A stretch of DNA of 62,927 nucleotides, filler included, from Octopus bimaculoides (taxonomy: Eukaryota), in assembly GCF_001194135.2 (NCBI RefSeq). It is 4 parts of 4 records of this genome, joined end to end, with 100 filler letters (N's around TTAATTAATTAA, not from the genome) between each part and the next. Parts side by side here need not be neighbours in the genome. Positions count along the whole stretch, not along the records: positions 48,578 to 52,620 come from NC_069000.1; positions 52,721 to 62,927 come from NC_068991.1; 2 more parts are not named here. One strand, written 5' to 3'. Made by a program: the position numbers and the translations under genes. Within the stretch, counting starts at the first letter, position 1. Every line of letters starts with the position of its first letter. Below the pieces are notes generated by a model. The model saw nothing but the letters and a program-made list of their open reading frames with translations, made no database searches and was not told the origin of the DNA. Positions 48,946-61,964 of the stretch are shown here, piece by piece.

Positions 48946-50978
48946 TATATGTACGTACATAAGTATACGCGCACACACAAATACTAACGCACTCACACAC
49001 ATACACACAAACAAACAAGCACACCCATCTCAAACATCTGATGTTTTTGGAACAATGAGTGTTCATAGAATTGCTGTCAACGGAGTTCCAGTTGACGTAC
49101 CCCTCTCCCGCCTTAGACATTCTGTGATTGACACGTTGGAAACCTGTTACCAACGACGCTATTCTTCACTTGCTCCCTGTATAATAAACATAATCTTTAG
49201 AACGCTATACATCTCCTCTCGTTCCTCCTTGAAAAAATTCTTTTTTTCTTTTTATTATTTAATGCATATTTTTTGTTTCTTTTATTTATTTTCTTTTTGT
49301 GGCTATTTTGAATTTATTTTCTTTTTATTTCTTTTTACATCATTTTTGCTGTTTTTTTCTCAGCACCTGTAGATGGAATTGGCCAATCTTTTCTTGCTTC
49401 CTCTTACACTTTAGTTGGTATTGTTCTTTATGCCATCACCACCACCGCCACCACTACCTAAACCACCACCACCACCACCACTGCCACCTAAATTACAAAC
49501 ACCACCACCATCACCACCACCATTGTAACCGCCACCACAGCAGAGTTACTACCACAATTTCCAACACTTCCACCACCACCACCATCACTGCTATAATAAT
49601 AATAATCATTATTATTAATAATAATAATTAGTATTATTAATAATAATAATTATTATTGTTATTATTACTTTTCTTATTGCTCTTACCATCGCAATTTCTA
49701 CTCCACCATTTATTATTATTATTACTACTGCTACTACTACTACGGCCACTACTACTACTATCACCATTAAAGTTGGCACTTCTTTTTCTCTAAGGGAAAT
49801 TTTGCATTAGAAACAATAATTTGTTGCTAATTTCTTTCTTTCTTTCTTCCTACTTTTTTCAAATTTTTTATAGCATCATTTCCAATATTACCAACGTTTT
49901 ATATAAACAGGCACAGGTATAGACATACATACATATACATATAGATATGTGTGTAGGTATGTATACATATACGTATATATACATATATATATGTTTATAC
50001 AAATATATATGCGCACACCGACATACATATATACATGCATAAATACATACACACAGACACACACATACGCACACACACACACACACTCACACACGCTCAC
50101 ACAAACACATACATACACACACACACACAAACATATGTATGTATGTATACGTACATACATATATTCATACTGTCAAACATATTTATGCATAATTGCATAA
50201 TTTGAAAATCCTGTTTTGGCGAAACTTTGAATCTTTTGCCAACCGTCTTTTGTAAATATTTGTATCGTGTCGTTCGTTCAGTTAATGTTTATTGATTGTA
50301 AACACTGAAGAACACTTCTATTAGACAAACAGACACGCGCACACAAACACACACACAAGCGTACGTGTGTTTATTTATCTCAGGCATTCACACAATTACA
50401 CAAACATATTTGTCAAGGAATATATATACGTATATATGTATNNNNNNNNNNNNNNNNNNNNNNNNNNNNNNNNNNNNNNNNNNNNNNNNNNNNNNNNNNN
50501 NNNNNNNNNNNNNNNNNNNNNNNNNNNNNNNNNNNNNNNNNNNNNNNNNNNNNNNNNNNNNNNNNNNNNNNNNNNNNNNNNNNNNNNNNNNNNNNNNNNN
50601 NNNNNNNNNNNNNNNNNNNNNNNNNNNNNNNNNNNNNNNNNNNNNNNNNNNNNNNNNNNNNNNNNNNNNNNNNNNNNNNNNNNNNNNNNNNNNCTGAATC
50701 ATTGAATTTTTTTTTATTACTTTTACTGGTCTGGTTTTCTCATACCGTATTCAATATCACATAATATCTCGTATTATTGAATACGAGATATTCAATGATC
50801 GATATTCGATATTCTGTATTTCCTCTGCATTGAAGACGCTCTGCTCATAATTATCCCCCATTGCATACTTTCTCTTTTTGTACTTCTTGTTTTTGTTTTT
50901 TTTTTAAATATCGCTTACTTTAATATGCCACTTAATTTCGTGTCTGCTAGCCTAATACACCCGCCTGTTCATACACAG

Positions 50979-52517
50979 CACCCTGAAGAGTTCGACCCCA
51001 AGACGTCTTTCTCATCGCCGTCCAGCCGAAGCAGTATGTCTAGAAGGCACCCCAGGCACCACCAGCACACATCCTATCGAAGCTCTTCTAACACTGAGCC
51101 GAATCATTCGTCCAGCGAGACCAGTTGCACTGATCTTGTACCATTCTTAGAGTCTGCCAGAAATCAGCTTTCTAGATCGCAACCATTCTGTGCCAGGTCA
51201 AATCTAGGTACTGGGAACAAACGGTTCACCTCATTACTGCACGAAAAACCAAACGAACATTATGATTCTCCATTGACAGCTTACATCAAAGGCAAGTGGA
51301 CTACACCTGTTCCTTCTCCCACTGTAGATCGTTCACTTAGTAGTAACCTTCACCATCCATTATTCGAAGACACCTCTTCCAGAACACTCTCCTTGCCTAA
51401 ATATTCCTACCTTGATTCAACTGATTTTAGTTCGGATGAAGAGTATGACACCGAATCAAAATATGGTGGCCACACGATTGTGGAACGCAAAAGACCGTAC
51501 AAACCGGGACAACTTTTAAAAGCATTGAGAAGAAAGCGAAGGGAGAGAGACGAAAACTCTGCTCCCGAAGATAACGGAGAGGGAGCCTATGCCATTGTTT
51601 ACAAAGATGATCTTGAAGCTGACGATGAGAATACAGAAGCCTACACTGACGATGAACACGACTACAAAATCGTGAGCAGACGCAAGCATAGGTATTTGAA
51701 TCGTGAATCAAGCCCTGAATATGACGGCGATTTACCTGTAGCACCTTACCACTCTAAGCTTCACAAATACCAGAAATACGATGACGATATTGGTGTTAAC
51801 AGTCTGGTCGCTATGGCAACTTTAAGGGCCCGTGATGCTCTCAGACAAATCGCTGGAGTGAATAGTAAAGCTGGATATTTAAGTATCGAAGGAGATATTA
51901 GACCCCACGGTGGAGAGTTGTCAACATTTAAACTTGAAAGTCCATTCCAATTCCGAGGACCGTTAATGATAAACCAACGACCACAGCTCTCTGCTAGTAA
52001 TGATGCGTACGAAAATCTTGTTATGACACTTCGTCGTCAACGAGAATCAGAACGAGAGAGACTGAATAGTAACTTTATCATGAAGAAACCTGCTCTTCAG
52101 ATAGCCCCTTACTCTCAGTCTCAATCTTCGCTTCGTCCTCTTGGCTATATGAGTGATGAATCTCTCAAATCCTACACAAAGGCCCTCATGCCAAGCAATT
52201 CACCGTTTGACAGAACTATAGTTACACCTTTAACACCTAAAAAATCAGTGCATTTCGATGACGAATTTGAACCAAGATCTTCATCCAGTTTCCTTAGAGA
52301 GCTCTATCCAACCGAACCTGCTGAGAGGCGAGGTGATAGAGAAGCAGCAGAAGAAGAACAACAACAATACGAGATGGCGGTTGCTCCAAGACGAAGGCGC
52401 TATCCTATATACGAATATACTGAGGAGATCCCAGTCAAAATTAAAGTCGATGATGACAGCGATTACGAAGATATCAGCCCTGGCAGGTTATCGGTTGTAG
52501 AAAAAATACGAATCAAG
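50979..52517 (+). CDS. Large internal coding exon (513 codons) of an uncharacterised, probably intrinsically disordered protein
   Basis: Stop-free for more than 1.7 kb in non-repetitive, GC-enriched sequence. Pyrimidine tract at 50870-50905, CTAAT branch-like motif at 50952, CAG acceptor ending at 50978 and AAG/GTACTG donor at 52517/52518. Both boundaries are phase 0. Exact boundaries are inferred. Confidence 0.8.
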
Positions 52518-53470
52518 GTACTGTTGCAAAAAAAAGGGATCAGGCCCACGAATTTTATTTTGATAAGAGACCTCCATAAACCAAAATTAATAACAACAGC
52601 TTTCTACCTCCTCCCCCACCNNNNNNNNNNNNNNNNNNNNNNNNNNNNNNNNNNNNNNNNNNNNTTAATTAATTAANNNNNNNNNNNNNNNNNNNNNNNN
52701 NNNNNNNNNNNNNNNNNNNNTATATATATATATATATTGTTGTTTATTTTACCTTAGATTCCTCTGGCCTGATATAGTTAATTATCTGCCTTCTAAATTG
52801 AAGCTATTATATATGTGCGCGTGCGCGTGTGTCTGTCTGTCTGTCTGTAAATATATCGAGTGGTTGTCAAACGTCCACTGATACTAATTATTCGGCCCAT
52901 CACACAATATATAACATAATGCGTCAGTGAATAGAATTAGACTTTCTATGGAGACTGCTTGAAGTTAATGAGAAGGCATGACAACGAATTGGGTTAGTGA
53001 GAATTCAAATTCCTTTAGGCTCTTCCCAGACCCATTCTACTAGTTATATATTAGCTTTTCATAGTTCAGAAGGCAAAAAATAAGTGTTAATAACACTCAT
53101 TACCCTGGGCCTCCGAAACCGGTGGCCCGGCTCAAATGCTTGTATCAAAGGGCATTCCGTTAAAACCAGCCATCGACCAAGTGCTGACAATATGAAGTCT
53201 ACAATTCATCCTGAACAAAATGCAAACACTTTATAAATACTCCCTTTACTAATATTCTGTGCAGTGTTGTAGCCAACCTTCAATATTGACGTATTGCATG
53301 GGTCAAAGCCTCACACTTGGGAAAGGTGTGTATTTGATTTTATCGATCTTTGTTTTTGACCGGTACGTAATTTCATATACTCCACCTCTTCACTTGTGTT
53401 TTACTTTCTCGACCTCCAGAAGTTGACCAAGAAGCGATTTGAATCCAGAAAATAAATGCCGTAATTAATT

Positions 53471-53659
53471 TTGTTGACACTCCGTCGCTTACGACGTCGA
53501 GGGTTCCAGTTGATCCGATCAACGGAACAGCCTGCTCGTGAAATTAACGTGCAAGTGGCTGAGCACTCCACAGACACGTGTACCCTTAACGTAGTTCTCG
53601 GGGATATTCAGCGTGCCACAGAGTGTGACGAGGCTGACCCTTTGAATTACAGGCACAAC
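53471..53659 (-). mobile_element. SINE family D, 3' part
   Basis: Near-exact inverse of 59333-59520. Confidence 0.85.
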
Positions 53660-54098
53660 NNNNNNNNNNNNNNNNNNNNNNNNNNNNNNNNNNNNNNNNN
53701 NNNNNNNNNNNNNNNNNNNNNNNNNNNNNNNNNNNNNNNNNNNNNNNNNNNNNNNNNNNNNNNNNNNNNNNNNNNNNNNNNNNNNNNNNNNNNNNNNNNN
53801 NNNNNNNNNNNNNNNNNNNNNNNNNNNNNNNNNNNNNNNNNNNNNNNNNNNNNNNNNNNNNNNNNNNNNNNNNNNNNNNNNNNNNNNNNNNNNNNNNNNN
53901 NNNNNNNNNNNNNNNNNNNNNNNNNNNNNNNNNNNNNNNNNNNNNNNNNNNNNNNNNNNNNNNNNNNNNNNNNNNNNNNNNNNNNNNNNNNNNNNNNNNN
54001 NNNNNNNNNNNNNNNNNNNNNNNNNNNNNNNNNNNNNNNNNNNNNNNNNNNNNNNNNNNNNNNNNNNNNNNNNNNNNNNNNNNNNNNNNNNNNNNNNN

Positions 54099-54155
<57 letters not shown>

Positions 54156-54460
54156 TCTCTCTTTCACACACACATACACACACATGTCACCCATACAGGT
54201 TGAAATTCACGGCTCAAATTTAAATATTTCAGGACCTGGCAAATAACAGACAGGGTCAACAGATGTATAAAATTCGCTTAATAGAGGATAAATCGCTAAG
54301 AGTGTGGAGATCCCAGCTGATTAAAATACTGAACAACCACTGCACTGTGTCTGTGGCTAAGACACTTAATTCTCGAAAGTCTAGCAGCAAACAGGCAACG
54401 CAAAGTGCGAGCAGATAACTCCTCGTCGCTTTTTGCAACAGTAGCACAGTAAAATTTAAT

Positions 54461-54677
54461 ATTAGTTTCAAATTTTGGCACAAGGCCAGCAATTTCGGGG
54501 GAGGGTCTAAGTCGATTACATTGATCCCAGTGTTTGACTCGAACTTATTTTATCGCACTCCGAAGGACGAAAGGCAAAGTCAGCCTCGGCAGGGATTTGA
54601 ACCCAGAACGTAAAGAAGGACGAAATGCCGCTAAGCATTATGCTCGACGCGCTTACGATTTTACCAGCTCACAGCCT
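54461..54677 (-). mobile_element. tRNA-derived SINE family B
   Basis: ttttggcacaaggccagc...aaaggcaaagtc...ttgaacccagaacg. Confidence 0.8.
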
Positions 54678-55065
54678 TCTGTAAAATTTGATATTAAATA
54701 AATGTTTAGTTAGTTTGTAGTTTTCAGTTCAAATTCCACATGGGAAAACTGAATCATATCCTCTATACAATGAACGACACCTAATCCAAAGATACACAAG
54801 GAATACGTAGGATATTCATTCCTCTTCCACTGTTTAACCAATTAAAATCAAATGAGAGGAAGATGACCAAAAACTATTTCAACCGCAGGTTTTATATTAG
54901 AGGGTCTTCTAGACTTTTCCAATATAAGAATACGCCCAAGTCTGTAAAGATTAGAGTTTGATGTTCACTCTTCTCCAAGTAGTATTACAGCGTTGCTCAC
55001 ACATACATACATACATACATACATACATACATACATACATACATACATACATACATACATACATA

Positions 55066-55270
55066 GGAGTAGTGGTGGAATGTCCCTGTGAAAATCTCAA
55101 TAAAATATAAACACAATAGACCCGATATAATGATTTGGGATAGAGAAGAGGAACTGTGTACAGTTGTGGAAATTAGCTGCCCAGCGGATGTTAGCATAAA
55201 GCTGAAGATCAGTGAAAAAGAGAATACCTACACTGAACTATTGAGAGATCTGCAGTTACTCTATCCAGTT
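55066..55270 (+). mobile_element. REL endonuclease fragment (CATA-associated family)
   Basis: HNRPDIMIWDREEELCTVVEISCPADVSIKLKISEKENTYTELL, starting directly after (CATA)n at 55010-55065. Confidence 0.85.
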
Positions 55271-56041
55271 TAGCATTTACGAATACACACACGCACGCAC
55301 ACGCACACACACATGCACACACACACACACACACACACACGCACATTCACGCACACATATGCACGCACGCACATGGACGCACGCACACGCATATAGATAT
55401 ATAGATATTTATAATCTAAAACTGTTTGATTCGGTTCCATGCATATNNNNNNNNNNNNNNNNNNNNNNNNNNNNNNNNNNNNNNNNNNNNNNNNNNNNNN
55501 NNNNNNNNNNNNNNNNNNNNNNNNNNATATATATATGTATAAAATTTATAATTATCTTGCTGAACCCTAATTATAATTATGCTTATAATAATAAATTTTT
55601 TGTATAAGTTTACCGATAATAGTTCTTTTAACTTACCGAAGTACTTGGTAAAATTATTAATTATTGATTGATTAATTAATTAATTTTATCCTTCATTATT
55701 ATTGATATATATATATATATACATAACCACTTATTCAGACATTGGTCTGATGATAAGTTACATGAAACTACTTGGAGATAGCTAAGATCTTCAAAATCTA
55801 AACATTACAGACTTGGGAGTAACCTTATATTTGAAAAGCCTTGAAGAAATTCTGTAATATAAAACTTGCGGTCGAAATAGTTTTTGGTCATCTTACTCTC
55901 GCTAACTAGTAGACATTTAAGAGAGGATATATAACTACTTACACGTACGCTTGTGAAATATATATGTTTTACAGGTGTATATCACTATACTTCATTAATG
56001 TACAGATATCTTATCCCGTCATCTTCGTCATTTTTCTTTAG

Positions 56042-56050
56042 ATTAGCTGA
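56042..56050 (+). CDS. Possible terminal coding exon (Ile-Ser-stop) followed by UTR-like sequence
   Basis: Pyrimidine-rich tcatttttctttAG acceptor, then ATT AGC TGA in phase 0, compatible with the 52517 donor. Speculative. Confidence 0.22.
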   Translation: MS

Positions 56051-56859
56051 AAAGTGGCTGATGTGACGGCTGTCGTCTGTTATGATATGGCAACCATCAT
56101 TTGCTTGTGAGATCGTTTATGGTGTGTAGCGCCTGCTTTAGAAATGTATGTATGTATGGATGGATGGATGGATGGATGGATATGTTTGTGTGTATATGCT
56201 TGAGTACGGGGATAAATTTCTGTTTATGTGTTTAAATGTGGTTGGGTATTCTGACCTTTCTGTAACCGTTGTATTAGCTTCTATACGTTTTTTTTTCTGT
56301 TTGATGAAGGAAACAAATCCGAAACGTTTAATTTTTCACTACTATCAGCAAATCCATTTACTGTAATTTACCTATTGATTTTTTCAATGAAATTTTGCGT
56401 TTGTAATTATTTGTTTGCTTGTATGGAAGTGAGTCTTGGCACGTATGAAGCTGTGTGTATGTCTGTATGATCTGTGTTTCCTTGCTTACTTTTCTATGTG
56501 TATGTGCTTGTGTCTGAACACTTCTATACGTGTTTCTGTATGTGCGTGAATAATATCGCGTCTGTAAAGATGATTCTAGATACTTGTATGTGTGCGTATG
56601 AGTGCGTGTGTTCTTGTTTGCTTGCGTGAAGGAGGAGTAGGACTTTGTCTGGGCACACATATGTGTAGGTGTATCGTATACGTGTGTTTATGCTAGTGTC
56701 TGTCTGATTGCTTTAGTGTGTGTGCATATATGTAAAGACGTTATTTTCGGCACATGTGTATGAGTGGGAAACTAAGCCAAGGTTGGCTAAGCAATAAATT
56801 ATATACATCCTCTGGTTGTTAGCTCTCCCTCTCACTTTCAGACACACGTATACACGCAC

Positions 56860-56987
56860 ATGCGCGCACGCGCGAGCACGCACATACACACAGACGCACA
56901 CATACACACATGCACACATGCACACATGCACACAAGCAATCGATCACAAACACATGTATTAAATGCTGCTCAGACAGAGACGAACAG

Positions 56988-57030
<43 letters not shown>

Positions 57031-57460
57031 AACACACACGCGCGCGCGCATGTACAGATACATACACAAGTATACATATATACACCTGCACAAATATACA
57101 CATGTATACAGAGGTGTCCATGCATACATACATACATACATGCATACATACATACATACATACATACATGCATACATACATACATACATACATGCATGCA
57201 TACATACATACATACCTGCATACATACATACATACATACATACATGCATACATACATACATGCATACATACATACATACATACATACCTGCATACATACA
57301 TATATACATACATGTATGCATACATATAAACACACATACGTATGCAAATATACACACGCACACACTCACACACACACACACACACGCATGCCTATTCATT
57401 AACACATAAACACAGAAACACGCATATATATATGTATGTGTGTGTGTGTATGTGCGTGCA

Positions 57461-57530
<70 letters not shown>
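56860..57530. repeat. Compound (CA)n/(CATA)n/(TG)n microsatellite field
   Basis: Direct inspection. Confidence 0.95.
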
Positions 57531-57531
<1 letters not shown>

Positions 57532-57825
57532 ACAAGATGACCAGTGAAACCAATAACAAAAATAATGAAGTAAAACAAAGAGAAAAAAGTTGGTCGGTTA
57601 TGCCAGACTTGGTGTAACCGGTTGTTCATCATTGGAAATAGTGAGACGTATACCACGTGCCAACACAAAGACATCCAAATCGGCCATTGCTGTTCCTGTC
57701 CCAGCAGACAACAACACAACAAATGTCACCTCTATAATGTGTGTATGTATGTGTGTGTGCGTGTGTGTATGCGTGTTTGTGCGTATACACGCACATATAT
57801 ATGTTGCTGCGTATGTATGGTATGC

Positions 57826-57873
<48 letters not shown>

Positions 57874-58850
57874 TCGTGTGTTTGTACAGTGTGATATTGT
57901 CCATACATACATCACATATATGTAATAATAATATTTGTCTGCGTGTTTATGCGCACACGCACAAACAAATTCACACACATATTCTCACACACACACATGC
58001 ACACGCGTACATATACGTACTCCAGTATACATACGCACACTCAATCACTTACACACACACACTCACAGTATTGGTGAGCTGAGTAAAGATGGGTTCTTGT
58101 TCTCTGTGTGTGCGCGTGTGTGTATGTGTGTGTGCGTATGAGGGTGTAAGTGTGGGCGAGTGTTTGTGTGTGTGTGTGTGTGTTTGTTATACATTAACTT
58201 GCATAGCCGAAATTGACGCTGAAGTTGATACCACTCCCAGCTTATAACAAACCAATTATTGTGTGATCAAAGATGGCGGCGATCGGACAATTAATATAGT
58301 TATAGGAAATAAAAGTACACTGCAATTTTTTTTAAACAATTCCCTTAACATCCGTCACTCCACCCACCCAATCTGCCAACCAGCCAGTCAGCCATCTAAC
58401 CCTCTAGCAATCGAGTCATCAAGCCGTCCAACCACCCAACACTCGATTCAACCAATCGTCTAGCCAGCCTCCCCGTCATCCATCTATCGATATGTTTCCA
58501 ATAAAAGTATAGTTAAAGCCTCCACTGTCAATATCTACAATGCGAAGCATACAAGCTCATTATGCTACACACATAATGTCCATACACATGCACGCACATG
58601 CATAGATAAACGGACACATGTATGTGTTTGTATTTTGTGCGTGTGTGTGTGTGTGCGTGTGTGTGTGCATGAAGTACTGGTTGTGTGTGAAAGGCTGCTT
58701 CGTTGGTGGAACAAAAGAACGATTCTGTTACTGACAAGAAACAACCCTAACTGTGAATCATGAGAAAAATAAGGTGATTGTCATTATTTCTCGGTATATT
58801 CATGTGTCCATTTGTGTTTGTGTATGTCTGTAGACTTCTTAATGTAGATA

Positions 58851-59066
58851 TTAGTTTCAAATTTTGGCACAAGGCCAGCAATTTCGAGGAGAGGATCAGT
58901 TGATTATATCGATCCCTGTATTCAACTGGTACTAATTCTATCGACCCCGAAAAGGTGAAAGGTACAGTTGACCTCGGTTGAATTTGAACTCAGAACGTAA
59001 AAACTGACGAAATGCTGCTAAGCAATTTGCCCTACGTGCAAACAGGTTCTACCAGCTCGCCGCCTT
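58851..59066 (-). mobile_element. tRNA-derived SINE family B
   Basis: Same head and core as 54461 and 36789. Confidence 0.8.
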
Positions 59067-59138
59067 TTCCGTATTGTGGATATTGACAGTGGTCATGTTG
59101 ATAATTCCTCTTTTTGCTAGGAGACTACGGATAAAGAG

Positions 59139-59529
59139 TGGGGGCGCAATGGCCCAGTGGTTAGGGCAGTGGACTCGCGGTCATAGGATCGCGGTTTCGA
59201 TTCCCAGATGGGCGTTGTGAGTGTTTATTGAGCGAAAACACCTAAAGCTCCAGGAGGCTCCGGTAGGGGATGGTGGCGAACCCTGCTGTACTCTTTCACC
59301 ACAACTTTCTCTCACTCTTACTTCCTGTTTCTGTTGTGCCTGTAATTCAACGGGTCAGCCTTGTCACAGTGTCACGCTGAATATCCCCGAGAACTACGTT
59401 AAGGGTACATGTGTCTGTGGAGTGCTCAGCCACTTGCACGTTAATTTCACGAGCAAGCTGTTCCGTTGATCGAATCAATTGGAACCCTCGACGTCGTAAG
59501 CGACGGAGTGCCAACAAAAACAAAAAAAA
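59139..59529 (+). mobile_element. Full-length tRNA-derived SINE family D with a target-site duplication
   Basis: A-box tggcccagtgg, B-box ggtttcgattcc and a CAA/A tail. Direct repeat acggataaagag at 59127-59138 and 59530-59541. Confidence 0.9.
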
Positions 59530-61009
59530 ACGGATAAAGAGATGACTGGATTAGTTATATGGCTAGACGAATGGATGGTTCGAGTGTCTGAATGACTGGT
59601 TGACTTGAGTTTTTGAATGACTGGTTGAATCACTAAACAGTAAGATAATTCAATTGTTTGATGGTCGGATCGTTGGATGGCTGACGGAATCTATTTGTTG
59701 TCAATTGACTACTTGAGCAAAAAACTGTAGTGTTCTGCATCGACATCCCTTTTTCTGAAGCGAGACTGAAATTTGATACGTATAGATTCCCTTTGGATTT
59801 AATCATCATTGTTGATGATACCATCTTCCAATATTTTCCTTCGATTCCAGATTTTACCATATTAAATTTCCTCAGCATGCCGCTTAAATCGTTCTTTATT
59901 TATTGTTTAACCGACACATGCTTGCTTAGTAAAACTGCAATGCTGAGGCCGGTTCTTTTAATAAATATGATATCTTACAACACGTCACAGTGTGTGTGTG
60001 TGTGTATGCGTGCGTGCGCGCGCGCGTGTATTTGTAGGTGTTGGTGATTGTTTCACGGGTGGTGGTGATGGTGAAGAAGGTGGTGTTTGGAGATGCTGGT
60101 GAAGGTGGTGATGGAGAAATGTTGGCTGGAGTTTTAAATAAATGGTGGAGATAGAGTGATGTCTTGGTGATAGTGGAGGTGGTGGAAGACTTATGTTTGT
60201 GACGGTATAGACTGATAAGATGGTGAGGATGTTGACGGCAGTGAGGAGGATGAAGTAATGGACTCGGGGGAGTTTTAAATACGCGGTGGTGCTACAGGCG
60301 GAAGAGATGCTGAGTGTGTTAACTTTTGGTGGTGAACGTGAAGATGACAGAAGAGGATGTGAAGACGAGGGCAGCCTAATAAAGAAAAGGTGGTGACTGT
60401 GGCGGCGGTGGCGGCAGCGGTGGTGGTGCCTGAATTTGTAACGTAGGAAAAGATCGAGTATGGAAACCGTGGGGATGAAGATACGAGTAGTGATTGTGAT
60501 GACAGGTGTCGGAAGGTATTGAGGCCCATGACGTTGCTTGTATTTTCCTGAGCTATTTCCCATCCTGTTACAATATGATCATTTTTTTCCGTTCTCTGAT
60601 TACATAGGAAGCACTTGTCCGTTGAAGCAGTGGAATTTATCCTTAATCACTGAACAAGTGTTTGGCTTGGTCTTGAAAAGCTCCGAACAAACTTCCGTTT
60701 CTCTTTTTAAACCTCTACTGGAGTTATTCACACGATGAATCATGAGTTTTTACATTCTTGGTGTCATTGTGGAACTGTCCATGTAACTGCATATCATCTA
60801 TCTATCACTTCCTTTTTTTTTTTTTGAGTAAGTGAGTCACCTAACTAGGCCATAAAGGGACCTGAACTCAAGCCGTAAATAACCGGAAAATATATCACAA
60901 GGCTCCATCGCTCTTGCAGTGTCAGCCCTTCATGTGTTTATGCTAGGCTGATAGTTATATATGTAGGATGAAAGATAACATTGATCTCTGATTGAAAAAA
61001 CAGGAATAA

Positions 61010-61392
61010 ATAATTCTTTCTTCTATAGGCACCAGGCCTGAGATTTCGTGGAGAGTGGGTTAGTCGAACCTAGTAATCAGCTGGTACTTATTTTATTGAC
61101 CCCGAAAGGATGAAAAGCAAAGTAGACCTCGGCGGAATTTCAACTCAACGTAAAGACAGACGAACTGCTGATGAGCATTTTGACCAGTGCTAACAAATCT
61201 TCCAGCTAACCGCCTTTAGGCTGAAATAATACTGATTTCTGATTTAGACACTTAGCCAGCAGTTTTGAGAGAAAGAGTAAGTCGCTACCGTTAATTCTAA
61301 TACTTAACTGGTGCTTTATTTTATTGAACCCGAAGGGATGAAAGGTAAAGTTGACCTCGGCGGGATTTTAACCCAGAACGTAAGAAGCCGGG
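61010..61392 (-). mobile_element. Two tandem family B SINE copies
   Basis: Two occurrences of ttttattga.cccgaa.ggatgaaa...gacctcggcgg. Confidence 0.8.
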
Positions 61393-61964
61393 GTTGGGGT
61401 GGGGGAAACCACAAAACATTCCGTGCGATGTTCTAAAGAGTTTGCGTATTTGCCGCCTTTTGAACATTATTGATAAGTTAATCATGAATAGATTATTTGG
61501 CTTAAGCAAATATTTACAGAAGCCACATCTTTACTATAACGACGCACTTGCTATGGGCGCTTTTAACTATGAAAAACATAAATGCTTAATATTGAACATA
61601 CTATTAATTGCATATCGCCACTGATATATATATATATATATANNNNNNNNNNNNNNNNNNNNNNNNNNNNNNNNNNNNNNNNNNNNNNNNNNNNNNNNNN
61701 NNNNNNNNNNNNNNNNNNNNNNNNNNNNNNNAGTTATTTAATCACTATTTTACTAGTTGTAACCACCCACTATCTAGAGTCTTCTCTAACGTATTTAAAA
61801 ACACTTTTATTCACGTTACGAGCGTTCTAAAATATTTAGCAAGTACTCTATTAAAGTGTTTTTTTATGTACAACTAATTGTTCACAAATCCCTCTTTCAT
61901 TTAACATGCACATGCTTAGATTACCCAAACATCTTAATATTATCCCTAATCTTGATCCTAATAT

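Noticed and set aside
50925-50978. ATG at 50925 as the start of the 583-aa ORF
   Set aside because: It lies between the pyrimidine tract and a branch-like motif plus CAG acceptor, so it is more likely intronic. It cannot be fully excluded.
52518-52676. C-terminal 50 codons of the 583-aa ORF
   Set aside because: Composition changes after a GT donor, and the stop comes from the artificial TTAATTAATTAA linker.
31071-52676. Three identical TTAATTAATTAA motifs as biological repeats
   Set aside because: They always sit inside N runs and are scaffolding linkers.
59141-59215. Genuine tRNA genes at SINE heads (also 27465-27533, 41275-41349 and 48356-48440)
   Set aside because: A and B boxes are present, but the acceptor and anticodon stems are broken and each continues into a repeat body.
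57530-59900. Short complex ORFs at 57590-57730 and 59633-59878
   Set aside because: No recognisable homology or convincing splice pairs were seen by eye.
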